From contig JBBCAX010000270.1 in assembly GCA_051382335.1 (NCBI GenBank), forward strand, positions 1 to 41,496: a stretch of DNA of 41,496 bases. Reading direction: 5' to 3'. Shown here piece by piece: positions 27,395 to 37,619 of this stretch. The stretch's first letter is position 1. Each line of letters starts with the position of its first letter. The position numbers and the translations under genes are program-made. The DNA comes from Deltaproteobacteria bacterium TL4. Its GTDB lineage: Bacteria > SAR324 > NAC60-12. Below the pieces are notes generated by a model. The model ran no database searches. It was not told where the DNA came from and was given only the letters and a program-made list of their open reading frames with translations.

Positions 27395-28572
27395 AACTAT
27401 TATTCGTTACTCCCCGATTCCCTTATCCCTTTCCAAGAGGGGGGGGAGATCAAGTTGTGTCCTATAACAGAATTCGTACGCTCCACCAATATCATGAAAT
27501 CATCCTGTTATCCCTTTATGAAAAGGACGAGGATCTTTATGGGATGGAAGAAATGTCCCGCTATTGCGAAGAGATTCATGTTATAAAACTGACAAAGTGG
27601 GAGGCCATCCGCAATGTTTTATTTCATGCTCCGTTCTCCAACTTACCATTACAGGTATTATACTATCGATCCCCGAAATTTGAGGAGAAGGTTCTTGAAT
27701 TGTGCAGAGGGAATTTGGATTTGATTCATGTCTTTCAATTGCGTGCAGCACCTTATTTAAGTGCCATCCAAAGACCTAAGATATTGGAGTTAATTGATTC
27801 AATGTCTTTATTCCTCAAACGTCGCATTGATTTGGAAAAATCGCCTAAAAAGTGGTTATATTCTGAAGAATACAGGCGAGTTAGTAAATATGAGCCCACA
27901 CTCGCTGGGGTTTTTGATCACCTGTTTGTCGTAGCAGACTTAGATCGAAAACAGATACCGGCAGAAAACATCAGTGTTGTTCCAACGGGAGTAAATACCC
28001 AATTGTTTTTTCCACAAGAAAACGTGCAGAAAAAATATTCTCTCATTTTCAGTGGCAGTATGTGGTACGCTCCTAACGTTCAGGCTGTGGAGTGGTTCAT
28101 CACCTGCTGTTGGCCCATCGTTTGCTTGGAATTATCCAGTATCACACTGGCGATTGTAGGCAGAAATCCCTCCAAGCAGGTTTTGAAATTTTCTACTTAT
28201 CCCGGAATTACAGTGACCGGATCGGTTGATTCGATGCCGGATACATTAAATCAGTGTCAAATTGCCATAGCCCCCATGCAATCTGGAGCTGGAATGCAAT
28301 TCAAGATTCTGGAGGCGATGGCGTGCGAATTGCCTGTTGTGACAACTTCACTGGGATTGGGGTCGATCATGGCCACTTCTCCGTCCGAAATAATGGTAGC
28401 CAATGAGGCAGAGGCGTTTGCCCTGACTATTTTGGAACTGTTGCGATCTCCTGAAAAAATGAAAAATATCGGTCGAAAAGCTCGCCAGTTGGTGATGAAA
28501 AAGTATAGTTGGGAAAATACAGCTCAACAGATTAATCATGTTTACGATCAGATTATCGTTGGTCGATCATAA
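27391..28572 (+). CDS. GT4 glycosyltransferase
   Basis: LFVTPRFPYP..GG, FSGSMWYAPN, APMQSGAGMQFKILEAMA. Confidence 0.9.
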   Translation: MKLLFVTPRFPYPFPRGGGDQVVSYNRIRTLHQYHEIILLSLYEKDEDLYGMEEMSRYCEEIHVIKLTKWEAIRNVLFHAPFSNLPLQVLYYRSPKFEEKVLELCRGNLDLIHVFQLRAAPYLSAIQRPKILELIDSMSLFLKRRIDLEKSPKKWLYSEEYRRVSKYEPTLAGVFDHLFVVADLDRKQIPAENISVVPTGVNTQLFFPQENVQKKYSLIFSGSMWYAPNVQAVEWFITCCWPIVCLELSSITLAIVGRNPSKQVLKFSTYPGITVTGSVDSMPDTLNQCQIAIAPMQSGAGMQFKILEAMACELPVVTTSLGLGSIMATSPSEIMVANEAEAFALTILELLRSPEKMKNIGRKARQLVMKKYSWENTAQQINHVYDQIIVGRS

Positions 28573-28588
28573 CGGTGGCAAAGATATA

Positions 28589-29602
28589 ATGACAAAAATG
28601 ATTGTAACAGGAGCCAATAGTTTTGTTGGAAGCCGATTGATACAATTTTGTAAGCTGAAGAAGATTACCTCCTCTTCAGAGATAACCGGTGTGGTCCGCA
28701 ATCCTTGCAAGGAAAGTCCTTCTGGAGGGTTTATTTCCTATGAGGATTACTGGTCTCAATCTTTTTGCGTCAATGGCGTGGTTCATGTTGCGGCAAAAGT
28801 TCATCAGCCACAGACTCTCTCAGCATTTTTTCTTGAAGAATATCGACGTATTAATCGTGATTTGACACTCAGAGTCGGAAAAAAATCCATAGAAGAAGGA
28901 ATCCGAAAGTTTGTTTTTATCAGTTCGGCTGCTGTTTTTGGACGATTTCGTGGTGGTACGCTGATGGATAAAGACTTCGTTTCTCCTGATGACCCCTATG
29001 GCCTTACAAAATGGGAAGCAGAACAGGGGTTAGCCGAATTATTTTCCAAGCAGTCTGAAGCACAATGTATTATCCTTCGTCTTCCAATGGTCTACGGACC
29101 CGGTAACAAAGGCAATATGCGCCCACTCCTTGAAATTGCCTCAAAAAAAATCCCGCTTCCTCTTTCGTGTGCCCAAGGCAAACGTAGCATGATTTATGTT
29201 GAAAATTTCTGTGACGCAATCGTTAAGATTTTGCAGGACGAAGCGACTGACCGTCCCACAGTCCAAACTTACTTTCTCAACGATAGTCATGACCTTACCA
29301 GCAGTGAATTATATGCTCTGATCTTTAGCGCATACCATGGGAAAAAGGGAGTCTTTCCCCTACCGGAAATGGTCTTTCGTTTTGGTGGCGAGGTTGGCAG
29401 CCGGTTTGAAGAACTGTTTGGCAAACAACTTCCACTCAATAATGAAGTCGTTTCTCGATTATTTGATGAATATCGTTTTTCTTGCGAGTCTTTTTGTCAA
29501 GACTATGACTGGAAACCTCCTTATACTCCCGAAGAAGGAATTCAAGAGACAGTAAAATGGCATCAATTTTGGAATCGTGAGCAATGGACGGAGCTGACAT
29601 GA
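28589..29602 (+). CDS. NAD-dependent epimerase/4-reductase (WbpV/WbpK-like)
   Basis: VTGANSFVG, VHVAAKVH, FISS, YGLTK, PMVYGPGNKGN, RSMIYVEN. Confidence 0.85.
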   Translation: MTKMIVTGANSFVGSRLIQFCKLKKITSSSEITGVVRNPCKESPSGGFISYEDYWSQSFCVNGVVHVAAKVHQPQTLSAFFLEEYRRINRDLTLRVGKKSIEEGIRKFVFISSAAVFGRFRGGTLMDKDFVSPDDPYGLTKWEAEQGLAELFSKQSEAQCIILRLPMVYGPGNKGNMRPLLEIASKKIPLPLSCAQGKRSMIYVENFCDAIVKILQDEATDRPTVQTYFLNDSHDLTSSELYALIFSAYHGKKGVFPLPEMVFRFGGEVGSRFEELFGKQLPLNNEVVSRLFDEYRFSCESFCQDYDWKPPYTPEEGIQETVKWHQFWNREQWTELT

Positions 29603-30573
29603 TAGGCTTATCTGTTTTGACCTTTTTGCTAAGCCTGTTTGGTGTCTTCTGGGTTCGTCAACACTCCGGAGACAAACTGGTTGATATACCCAATGAAAGG
29701 AGTTCACACACCAGTCCCACGCCACGTGGAGGCGGAATTGGGTTTGTGATAGCCTTTGCCTTGACGAGTTTGTTGTGGTTTCTGAGCGGTAGCAATGTTA
29801 TTGTGTGCTCCCCCATTTTTTGGCTAGTATTGTTACCACTTGTAGGAGTCGGTATTCTGGATGATCGGTTCAGCGTTCCTGCTAAATTTCGATATTTGAT
29901 GCAAGGCGGTGTCTCCCTCACAATCATTGCTTATTTTGAGGTTTTCCCCTTTCCCTATTTGGAAGGTTGGGGAGGAACATTCATGGCCTCCGTTTTAACG
30001 TTCATTGGCATGACGGCGATGATCAATTTTTACAATTTTATGGATGGAATTGATGGTATTGTTGCCGGCGTCAGTTCGATCCAACTCGGTTTTTTAGCGA
30101 TCTGGTTTCAGCAACCTGAATGGTGGCTTTTGGTAGCGTCGCTGTTGGGATTTCTCTATTGGAATTGGTCGCCCGCAAAAATCTTCATGGGTGACACAGG
30201 GAGTACCTTTCTGGGATGCGTGATCATGACCGCATTTTTGGCTTATGAGGGGAATACGCTCCAACATTGGTATGCCTTGGTGATTACCTTCCCTTTGACT
30301 ATTGACGCTGTCTATACGATTGTTCGCCGGTTGTTACGCCATGAGAATATTTTTCAGGCACACCGTAGTCATTTGTATCAACGACTGCATCAGGCCGGCT
30401 GGTCTCATGCTCGGGTTACTTCGCTCTATATGGGACTTACCTTGATCCTTGGATCACTGATTCACTGGTTTGCGCTCACCGGCGCAATCTTGGGAACCTT
30501 TGTAGTGGCAGGAAGCCTCGTCGCTGGTGAACGATACTTGGCGCTGAATCAGGAAAAAACATCAAATTTGTAG
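29599..30573 (+). CDS. WbpL-like undecaprenyl-phosphate HexNAc-1-phosphate transferase (MraY/WecA family)
   Basis: DIPNERSSH..PTPRGGG, GILDD, NFYNFMDGIDG, KIFMGDTGS, AHRSHLYQRL; ATGA overlap with the preceding gene. Confidence 0.9.
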   Translation: MIGLSVLTFLLSLFGVFWVRQHSGDKLVDIPNERSSHTSPTPRGGGIGFVIAFALTSLLWFLSGSNVIVCSPIFWLVLLPLVGVGILDDRFSVPAKFRYLMQGGVSLTIIAYFEVFPFPYLEGWGGTFMASVLTFIGMTAMINFYNFMDGIDGIVAGVSSIQLGFLAIWFQQPEWWLLVASLLGFLYWNWSPAKIFMGDTGSTFLGCVIMTAFLAYEGNTLQHWYALVITFPLTIDAVYTIVRRLLRHENIFQAHRSHLYQRLHQAGWSHARVTSLYMGLTLILGSLIHWFALTGAILGTFVVAGSLVAGERYLALNQEKTSNL

Positions 30574-30589
30574 AAAAAAAGATCAATCC

Positions 30590-31927
30590 ATGAACGAAAA
30601 TATTTCTTTTACTCCCATTCAACCTTCGCAAATTTCTTCGGAGATTAAAGACATCGACCTGCTGGACCTTTGTGACACACTTTGGTCTCACAGAATAGGG
30701 ATTATGGTCATTTTTTTTATGGGAAGCCTGTGTTCCATCGTTTATGCTCTCTTTCAAACCCCTCAATATGTCTCCACATCAACGTTTCTTCCTGTTTCCC
30801 ATAATTCCGGTCCAATGGGAAACCTGGGAGGATTAGCTGCATTGGCTGGTTTTTCGCTTCCATCCTCTAGCAACAACATTGACTTTGAGATTGTACTGGC
30901 CAGTCGGTCCTTTACGGAAAACATTGTTCGCGAGTTAAACCTGCTGCCTGTGTTATTTGAAGGCACCAAGACGCCGACGAGAGAAGACTCAACACCTCCG
31001 CCTGATTCTGGATGGTTCAAATCGCTGCTTTCCAGGCTGAAGGGAGAAAATACCACGGATAAACCAATAGACACAAAATTTATAGAACAAATTCTTTATG
31101 CAAATGCTGCATCTGCACTTCAAAAAATCGTTTCCGTTTCTCAGAAGAGAGGTCTATATTCCATTGAAATCACTTGGAAGGATCCTCACATAGCGGCTCT
31201 TATCGCTAACGAACACATTGATGAATTAGAACATTTTTTGTTAAAAAATCAAATCACTACCACCAAAAAAAGTAGGGTATTTATTGAGTCTCAGTTGCAA
31301 AAAACAGAAAAATACCTGACGGAAGCGGAAGATGCGCTTAAAAATTTCAGTAAGCAATATGGGATTTTTCGGGTTGAGGATCAGGCAGCCTTATTGACGC
31401 AGACTATTGGAAGAGTGAAAGGGGAAATTGCGTTAGGTGAGGTAGAGATGGAAGTATTAAAAAAATTGAATCCGCCCGGTAGTCCCCAGATTGAGTTGGC
31501 TCAAATCAGGTTGGATGCATTACGCATGCGTCTGAAAAAATTGGAGAAAGGTGATGGATCGTCTGATGAATTGAGGGAAAACTATACGGATATTCCGCTA
31601 AAGGATCTGTCGGAACTGGGTTTAAGCTATAACCGGTTGCAACGGGAACTGACTATTCAGCAGGAAATATACAAAATGCTGCGAACCCAGTTGGAAACCA
31701 CCAAGATTGAGGAATCCAAAGAATTGAACTCCATTCAGGTAATTGACCGTGCTATTCCGGCGGGATTTCCTTCCAAACCTAATAAAAAGCTAATCATTGT
31801 TCTAGGAGGTGGCGCTTCTCTGTTTTTTGCGGTTTTTCTCGTATTTTTTCTGGAGTTTGTTAAAAGTATCAGGAAAGAAAATCAGAAGAGAAAAAGTCAA
31901 CTCACGCATGATATTAGTGAACGCTGA
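30590..31927 (+). CDS. Wzz/GumC-like polysaccharide co-polymerase (no kinase domain)
   Basis: IDLLDL N-terminal motif, TM1, long coiled coil, IQVIDRAIP...PSKPNKKLI then TM2; no Walker A domain. Confidence 0.85.
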   Translation: MNENISFTPIQPSQISSEIKDIDLLDLCDTLWSHRIGIMVIFFMGSLCSIVYALFQTPQYVSTSTFLPVSHNSGPMGNLGGLAALAGFSLPSSSNNIDFEIVLASRSFTENIVRELNLLPVLFEGTKTPTREDSTPPPDSGWFKSLLSRLKGENTTDKPIDTKFIEQILYANAASALQKIVSVSQKRGLYSIEITWKDPHIAALIANEHIDELEHFLLKNQITTTKKSRVFIESQLQKTEKYLTEAEDALKNFSKQYGIFRVEDQAALLTQTIGRVKGEIALGEVEMEVLKKLNPPGSPQIELAQIRLDALRMRLKKLEKGDGSSDELRENYTDIPLKDLSELGLSYNRLQRELTIQQEIYKMLRTQLETTKIEESKELNSIQVIDRAIPAGFPSKPNKKLIIVLGGGASLFFAVFLVFFLEFVKSIRKENQKRKSQLTHDISER

Positions 31928-32032
31928 GAAAATGGTAGTTGGCTTTTGTTGTCAGATTTGTGCCGCTGCGTTTAAATGATTCAGGTTTATCTATGAAGAA
32001 TCCAAAGAAACAATAAGAAAATAGGTTGAATT

Positions 32033-33232
32033 ATGTTTCAAGCAAGTAAATCTTCGCCCATACGAACCACGCCCTTCCCTCCCTGGCCTTATTTTGAAGA
32101 GGATGAAATTGAAGCTGTCAGAAAAGTATTGGCTTCAGGAAAAGTTAATTATTGGCAAGGGGAGGAAGGAAAATCCTTTGAGAAAGAATTTGCGGAAGCT
32201 GCCGGATGTCAATATGGAGTAGTTGTCCTCAATGGTTCTGTCGCCTTGGAGTTGGCCTTGTATGCGCTGGGTATTGGTCCAGGAGATGAGGTGATTGTGA
32301 CGAGTCGGAGTTTTATCGCTTCAGCTAGTTGTGTGGTGATGCGGGGGGCCACTCCGATATTTGCCGATGTGGATCCTGTGAGCCAGAATATTACAGCAGA
32401 AAGCATTAAATCGGTCTTATCTGCTCGAACTCGTGCGATCATTGTCGTTCACCTGATGGGATGGCCCTGTGAGATGGATCCGATTATGGCGCTGGCTAAA
32501 GAGCATCACTTGAAAGTCATTGAAGATTGCGCTCAGTCACATGGCGCAAAATATAAGCAACGCCCCATTGGTTCGTTAGGAGATGTCGCCGCATTTTCAT
32601 TTTGCCAAGATAAAATAATGACCACTGGAGGGGAAGGCGGTCTGTTGACCACAAATGATCGGGAACTATGGGAAAAAGCCTGGTCCTATAAGGATCACGG
32701 CAAAAATTATGAGGCCGTTTATCATCGCAAACATCCTGCTGGTCCTCCGTTGTGGCATGAATCCTTTGGAACAAACTGGCGTCTAACGGAGATGCAATCG
32801 GCTCTTGGACGCGTCATTCTGAAAAAAGTTGCGGGATGGGTTGAACAAAGGCGTACCTATGCACAGATGCTTTCCGAATATTTTTCTCAGTTTGAGGCGC
32901 TTCAAGTGACTGTTCCTCCTGCGGGTATTTATCACTCTTATTACAAATATTACGTGATTGTCAGGACAGAACAACTCCAGAAAGGTTGGGATCGGGATCG
33001 TATTATGACGGCTATTAACGCGGAAGGCATTCCTTGTTTCAATACTTATGGCGGCGAAATTTACATGGATAAAGCCTTTGAAGATGCAGGCTTACGTCCA
33101 GCAAATCGGCTTTCTGTTGCTAAAAAACTGGGAGAGACCTGCCTGTTGTTCCTCGTTCATCCAACATTAACCAAAAATGAAATTCAGGATACCTGTCAGG
33201 CTGTAGCAAAAGTCATGAATCAGGCAAGTTGA
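32033..33232 (+). CDS. DegT/DnrJ/EryC1/StrS PLP-dependent sugar aminotransferase
   Basis: GPGDEVIV, IEDCAQSHGA, FSFCQDKIMTTGGEGG (PLP lysine), GTNWRLTEMQSA. Confidence 0.93.
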   Translation: MFQASKSSPIRTTPFPPWPYFEEDEIEAVRKVLASGKVNYWQGEEGKSFEKEFAEAAGCQYGVVVLNGSVALELALYALGIGPGDEVIVTSRSFIASASCVVMRGATPIFADVDPVSQNITAESIKSVLSARTRAIIVVHLMGWPCEMDPIMALAKEHHLKVIEDCAQSHGAKYKQRPIGSLGDVAAFSFCQDKIMTTGGEGGLLTTNDRELWEKAWSYKDHGKNYEAVYHRKHPAGPPLWHESFGTNWRLTEMQSALGRVILKKVAGWVEQRRTYAQMLSEYFSQFEALQVTVPPAGIYHSYYKYYVIVRTEQLQKGWDRDRIMTAINAEGIPCFNTYGGEIYMDKAFEDAGLRPANRLSVAKKLGETCLLFLVHPTLTKNEIQDTCQAVAKVMNQAS

Positions 33233-33442
33233 AATAAAAATGGGAGTTTCCAAAGGAGATTCTTGAGAAAACGCTGGATTGTATGATATTTAATGTGTTA
33301 TCGTGCGCAGGTGCTCCCAGTAGTTTATTCTGAAAATGACTTAAGTAGGGAAATCAAAACGATAAAGAAATTCAGCGCGGAGTATGAGTTCATAAGTTAT
33401 ATTGTTCTTGGAACGGATTTATTGGATTGATTTGGTGATTTA

Positions 33443-35437
33443 ATGCATATGAATTTATTATTGTCTTTTTTGGATAAGATTCATCCTTTTCTGTCCAGAA
33501 GAGAAAAAAGAATGGTTTTTTCGGCATTGGATAGTGTCCTTTTTTTGGTGTCTATCTGTGGAGCATTCAGTTTACGTTTTGATACGTTCTTCATCGCTGG
33601 CTATTTGAAGCAATCGGTATTGGTGTTAATTGTTTTGGCGGTCCCGTTCAAGCTGCTGATCTTTCGCATGGTAGGGATGTATCGTCCGGTATTGCGTTAT
33701 ACGGGGTTGGAAGTTTTATATACCACAATCAAGGCTGTAGCCATCAGTTCAGGCTTACTCATTCTGATCGTATATTTTGTCAAAATCCCTCATTTCCCTC
33801 GCTCTATTTTACTGATTGATGCTGTTCTGACAATGTTGTTTACTGTCGGAATACGGGTTTTTATCCGTTGGTTAGCTTATGATTTAACCTACCGGTCTGC
33901 ATCAAAAAAGCAGCCTGAAAAAGTTGTCATTTACGGAGCTGGAGCTGCGGGTTCGCAGTTATCACAGGCTCTGTCACAAGAAACACTCTATCAGGTAGTC
34001 GCTTTTGTGGATGATCATCCATCATTGCAGAAACAAGTCATTAATGGAATCACGGTACACTCTCCAGAAGATTTATCCAGGCTGATTGAAGTCCATGAAA
34101 TAAAGAGCATTCTATTAGCAATTTCTTCAGCTACGCGTAAAGAACGACGCGAGATAGTAAGTAAACTTCAGCCCTTAGGCCTTCCCATTAAAACTATCCC
34201 GGGAATTGGCGAAATTGTTTCCGGAAAAGTCTCCATTACCGAGATGCGCAATATTGATATCATTGATCTATTGGGTAGAAAAGAAGTTTTACCGGATCCT
34301 GCTTTATTGCAGCGAAACATCAAAGGCAAGACGGTTATGGTAACCGGAGCCGGGGGTTCCATAGGTTCGGAATTATGCCGCCAAATCGCAGCTCAAGACC
34401 CTGAACAACTGATTCTTTATGAACTGAATGAGCTGGCTCTGTATTCGATTGAAATGGAATTGAGGGAAATGTGTCCTGAGTTGGAACTGTTCGCTTATTT
34501 GGGTTCCGTTGTCAACCAAGATCGACTTGAAAAGATCATTATTCGCAATTCTGTTGAGACAATCTATCATGCTGCCGCCTATAAACACGTTCCTCTGATT
34601 GAACTGAATGCCGTTGAGGGGGTATTCAATAATGTCTTGGGAACATTGAGCGCTGTACGTGCCGCAATGGTCGGCAAAGTGGAAACCTTCGTACTGATTT
34701 CCACAGACAAAGCGGTTCGTCCGACTAATGTCATGGGCGCAACTAAACGTGTGGCCGAATTGATTCTTCAGGCTCATGCGCAACAGGAAAGCTGTGAAAC
34801 CCGCTTTGTCATCGTTCGCTTTGGAAATGTCTTGGGGAGTGCGGGATCGGTCGTTCCTCGATTTAGGAAACAGATAGCTGAAGGATCGGTGGTAACCGTG
34901 ACGCATCCTGAAATGACCCGGTACTTTATGTCCATTCCAGAAGCTTCCCGATTAGTTATTCAGGCGGGAGCGATGGGAGAGGGGGGCGACGTCTTTTTGC
35001 TGGATATGGGGGAACCGATTAAAATTTATGATTTAGCGGTCCAAATGATTGAGTTGAGCGGACTGATTCCAGGAAAAGATATTGAAATTCAGTTTTCAGG
35101 ATTAAGACCTGGAGAAAAACTCTATGAAGAGCTGCTCATCAATGCCGATATGAGTACAAAGACGGAGCATCCTAAAATCTTCTCCGCTAGAGAAACCATG
35201 TTGCATTGGCATGAATTGTCGCCGTTGTTAGAGAAGTTATTTGATAAGGCGAAACAAGATAGTTCTTTTGGGATAAAGCAAATATTTACGCAAATAGTTC
35301 CAGAATATGTTCCTTACGTGGAAAGTACCCCTGAGAGAAATGATCCTCCATCAACAGAGGTTCCGGTGTTAGGTCCTTTCAATGTTACGTCCTTTTCTAA
35401 AAAAAATAGTCATTACTCAACACGTAAGATCTTATGA
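33443..35437 (+). CDS. Membrane-bound UDP-GlcNAc 4,6-dehydratase (PglF/WbpM/CapD family)
   Basis: Four N-terminal TM, IYGAGAAG, VTGAGGSIGSELCRQ, HAAAYKHVP, STDKAVRPTNVMGATK, VRFGNVLGS, GLRPGEKLYEEL. Confidence 0.95.
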   Translation: MHMNLLLSFLDKIHPFLSRREKRMVFSALDSVLFLVSICGAFSLRFDTFFIAGYLKQSVLVLIVLAVPFKLLIFRMVGMYRPVLRYTGLEVLYTTIKAVAISSGLLILIVYFVKIPHFPRSILLIDAVLTMLFTVGIRVFIRWLAYDLTYRSASKKQPEKVVIYGAGAAGSQLSQALSQETLYQVVAFVDDHPSLQKQVINGITVHSPEDLSRLIEVHEIKSILLAISSATRKERREIVSKLQPLGLPIKTIPGIGEIVSGKVSITEMRNIDIIDLLGRKEVLPDPALLQRNIKGKTVMVTGAGGSIGSELCRQIAAQDPEQLILYELNELALYSIEMELREMCPELELFAYLGSVVNQDRLEKIIIRNSVETIYHAAAYKHVPLIELNAVEGVFNNVLGTLSAVRAAMVGKVETFVLISTDKAVRPTNVMGATKRVAELILQAHAQQESCETRFVIVRFGNVLGSAGSVVPRFRKQIAEGSVVTVTHPEMTRYFMSIPEASRLVIQAGAMGEGGDVFLLDMGEPIKIYDLAVQMIELSGLIPGKDIEIQFSGLRPGEKLYEELLINADMSTKTEHPKIFSARETMLHWHELSPLLEKLFDKAKQDSSFGIKQIFTQIVPEYVPYVESTPERNDPPSTEVPVLGPFNVTSFSKKNSHYSTRKIL

Positions 35438-35572
35438 GCGTTTCATGACGATACCCCACCTACTTTATCCAACAATCCTCATTTCATTTTCCTCCATTCA
35501 CCACCTCCATTCCAAAATAGAACTCGGTTTTAAATAAAATTTTCTTTTAACGCAAAGACGCAGAGGGAGTTT

Positions 35573-37123
35573 TTGTGTCATAATGGTTTCGTTTGTAAAC
35601 GTATGAACCCATATCAACCTTATCAATGTTTGAGGAGTCGTATCGTGGTAGCTTCCCCTTATGTTAGGGTATTCATTACTATTTTGTATTTTTTCCTATC
35701 TTTAAATGTCTCACGGGCTGAAATTATTTTTTCAGATTTAGATTTTTGGTATTTTGAACATCTGGAAAATAAAGAATTACAAGGAGGCGAGGGGATTCAA
35801 TTGAATACTAAACCTCTGGTAATCCATCGGTGGAAAAAAAACCAGGAGACTCCAACGACTGAGTTTTTTTTAGAGTCCGTCGAGTTGGAATATAGTCAAA
35901 GTTCCTTCATGCCTATAGTTCAGAAGAGAGAAGGGATATGGATTACCAAAGGAAATAATGGTTTGGTGTCTACTGACTTTGGCATGATTTCAAAATATCT
36001 TTCAATTTACATAGAGCCTTTGTACGCCTATCACGAGAATCAATCATTAGAAGATCATCCAGAGGGAAACCAGCAACCGATAACAAAAGGCAGTTACAGG
36101 TATCCCAGCTTAGCTGAAACGTATTCAGAGGCAATGATACATTCTGGCTACCTGATACTTCATGCTTCCAATTGGTATTTATTTCTTGGGAAAGATAATC
36201 TGCGCTTTGGTGCGGGAAAACATGACACTCTTCACTTGAGTAATTCTGCAGAGCCTTTTCCCATGCTTCGGATTGGGACGATTGAGCCTTGGGACACTCG
36301 GCTTGGTCTTTTTTCGTTTATTTCTTATTTGGGAGAAATGGAAGAAAATCGCACTATTCCCCGTGCAAAATTTAGTGGATGGAGACTGGACTGGAGTACA
36401 CAAAAGCGAGTTGAATTCGGTGTGAGTCGTTCCTGGTTTGTGGGAGGGGAAGGACAGAAGGAGGAATTTACCCATGTAGTCAGTGATCTGTACACGGAAC
36501 TTTTTAAACCCAGATCGGGATCAGAAAGGGATGGTGATTTACGCAATCAGCAATTGGTCTTGGACATGCGGATTAAGATTCCTGAAATCAAAACCGTTCT
36601 TTATGGGGAATTTGGCAGAGAGGATCATGAGCATAACCTGAAAAATCTAAGAAAAAGCTGGAATCATTCTCAGGCTCATATTCTTGGTATTAAAAGCTTG
36701 GGATGGGTTCCTCATTTTTTTTGGATTTTTGAGAGGGCTAACGATGTTCAGCCGAGTGAAAATATAGCGACTCGAGGAAATGTCCTTTGGTATACACACC
36801 ACGAATACCAAAGTGGATGGACTTATGAAGGGATAGGATTAGGACATCACATGGGCGCCGATTCACAAGACACGTTTTTCGCATTGGGGATTGAAAAACG
36901 GCTCTATTCTCTATTGCTCTATCATGATGCTGAATCCCATGGAATCAATTCCAACCTTCAAGAGAATAAAATAGAAGTTGGAATCCAAGGATTCTGGCAG
37001 ATCAGTTCTCATACCAAGTTAAACTTTGAGATACAACAACAGGAATACGATAATTTTGCGTTGATCCCCAAAAAACAACTCAGCTCTTTGTCATTTGCCA
37101 TAGGGATGAAGTATCAACTATGA
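35573..37123 (+). CDS. Wzi-family capsule assembly outer-membrane protein
   Basis: LGKDNLRFGAG...LHLSNSAEPFPMLRI, LYGEFGRED, YQSGWTYEG..LGH..G; beta-barrel-like end (IGMKYQL). The start is probably downstream of 35573. Confidence 0.75.
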   Translation: MCHNGFVCKRMNPYQPYQCLRSRIVVASPYVRVFITILYFFLSLNVSRAEIIFSDLDFWYFEHLENKELQGGEGIQLNTKPLVIHRWKKNQETPTTEFFLESVELEYSQSSFMPIVQKREGIWITKGNNGLVSTDFGMISKYLSIYIEPLYAYHENQSLEDHPEGNQQPITKGSYRYPSLAETYSEAMIHSGYLILHASNWYLFLGKDNLRFGAGKHDTLHLSNSAEPFPMLRIGTIEPWDTRLGLFSFISYLGEMEENRTIPRAKFSGWRLDWSTQKRVEFGVSRSWFVGGEGQKEEFTHVVSDLYTELFKPRSGSERDGDLRNQQLVLDMRIKIPEIKTVLYGEFGREDHEHNLKNLRKSWNHSQAHILGIKSLGWVPHFFWIFERANDVQPSENIATRGNVLWYTHHEYQSGWTYEGIGLGHHMGADSQDTFFALGIEKRLYSLLLYHDAESHGINSNLQENKIEVGIQGFWQISSHTKLNFEIQQQEYDNFALIPKKQLSSLSFAIGMKYQL

Positions 37124-37619
37124 TTCACTGGGTGACAAACAGTAGGATCGATCTGAAACACAGCAATTCAGCGTTTAACTTATTGCTAACCAGTTAAACT
37201 TCATTTTGAATACCGATGGTTGTACCTCGTCCTTCTTCCATAAACCAATTTTTAAAATAGGTTTATGGGAATATTTGAGTAAGAATAAACGTTGGGACCA
37301 TAAGCCTCGATTCAAGTAAAAAAAATGAAACCTGTCTTTGTGTACGTTGGAAGCAGGGCATCTCCATTGTCGTTAAGAAAAACGGAATTGTATCACACAT
37401 TCGATCCAGTGGATTATAAAGCCTTGATAGTCCAATCATTGATCCAAGAGTATTGCTACTTAATAGAGCGATTTCCTTCCCGCATTTCAACGGTTCGTTG
37501 ATCGTCCGTTGAGTTTTCCCTCAAATCAGCAATCTTTTTTTGAAGTGAAGAGAGAGGCCCGATTTCCTTTGAGAACGTCATTTGCATTCCAATATTCCGC
37601 CCAATACCCATTCCATCGA

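Noticed and set aside
37124..37619. Short ORFs and an AT-rich hairpin (37173-37199) between wzi and queC
   Set aside because: The ORFs have no recognisable motifs, and the stem is too weak to call a terminator.
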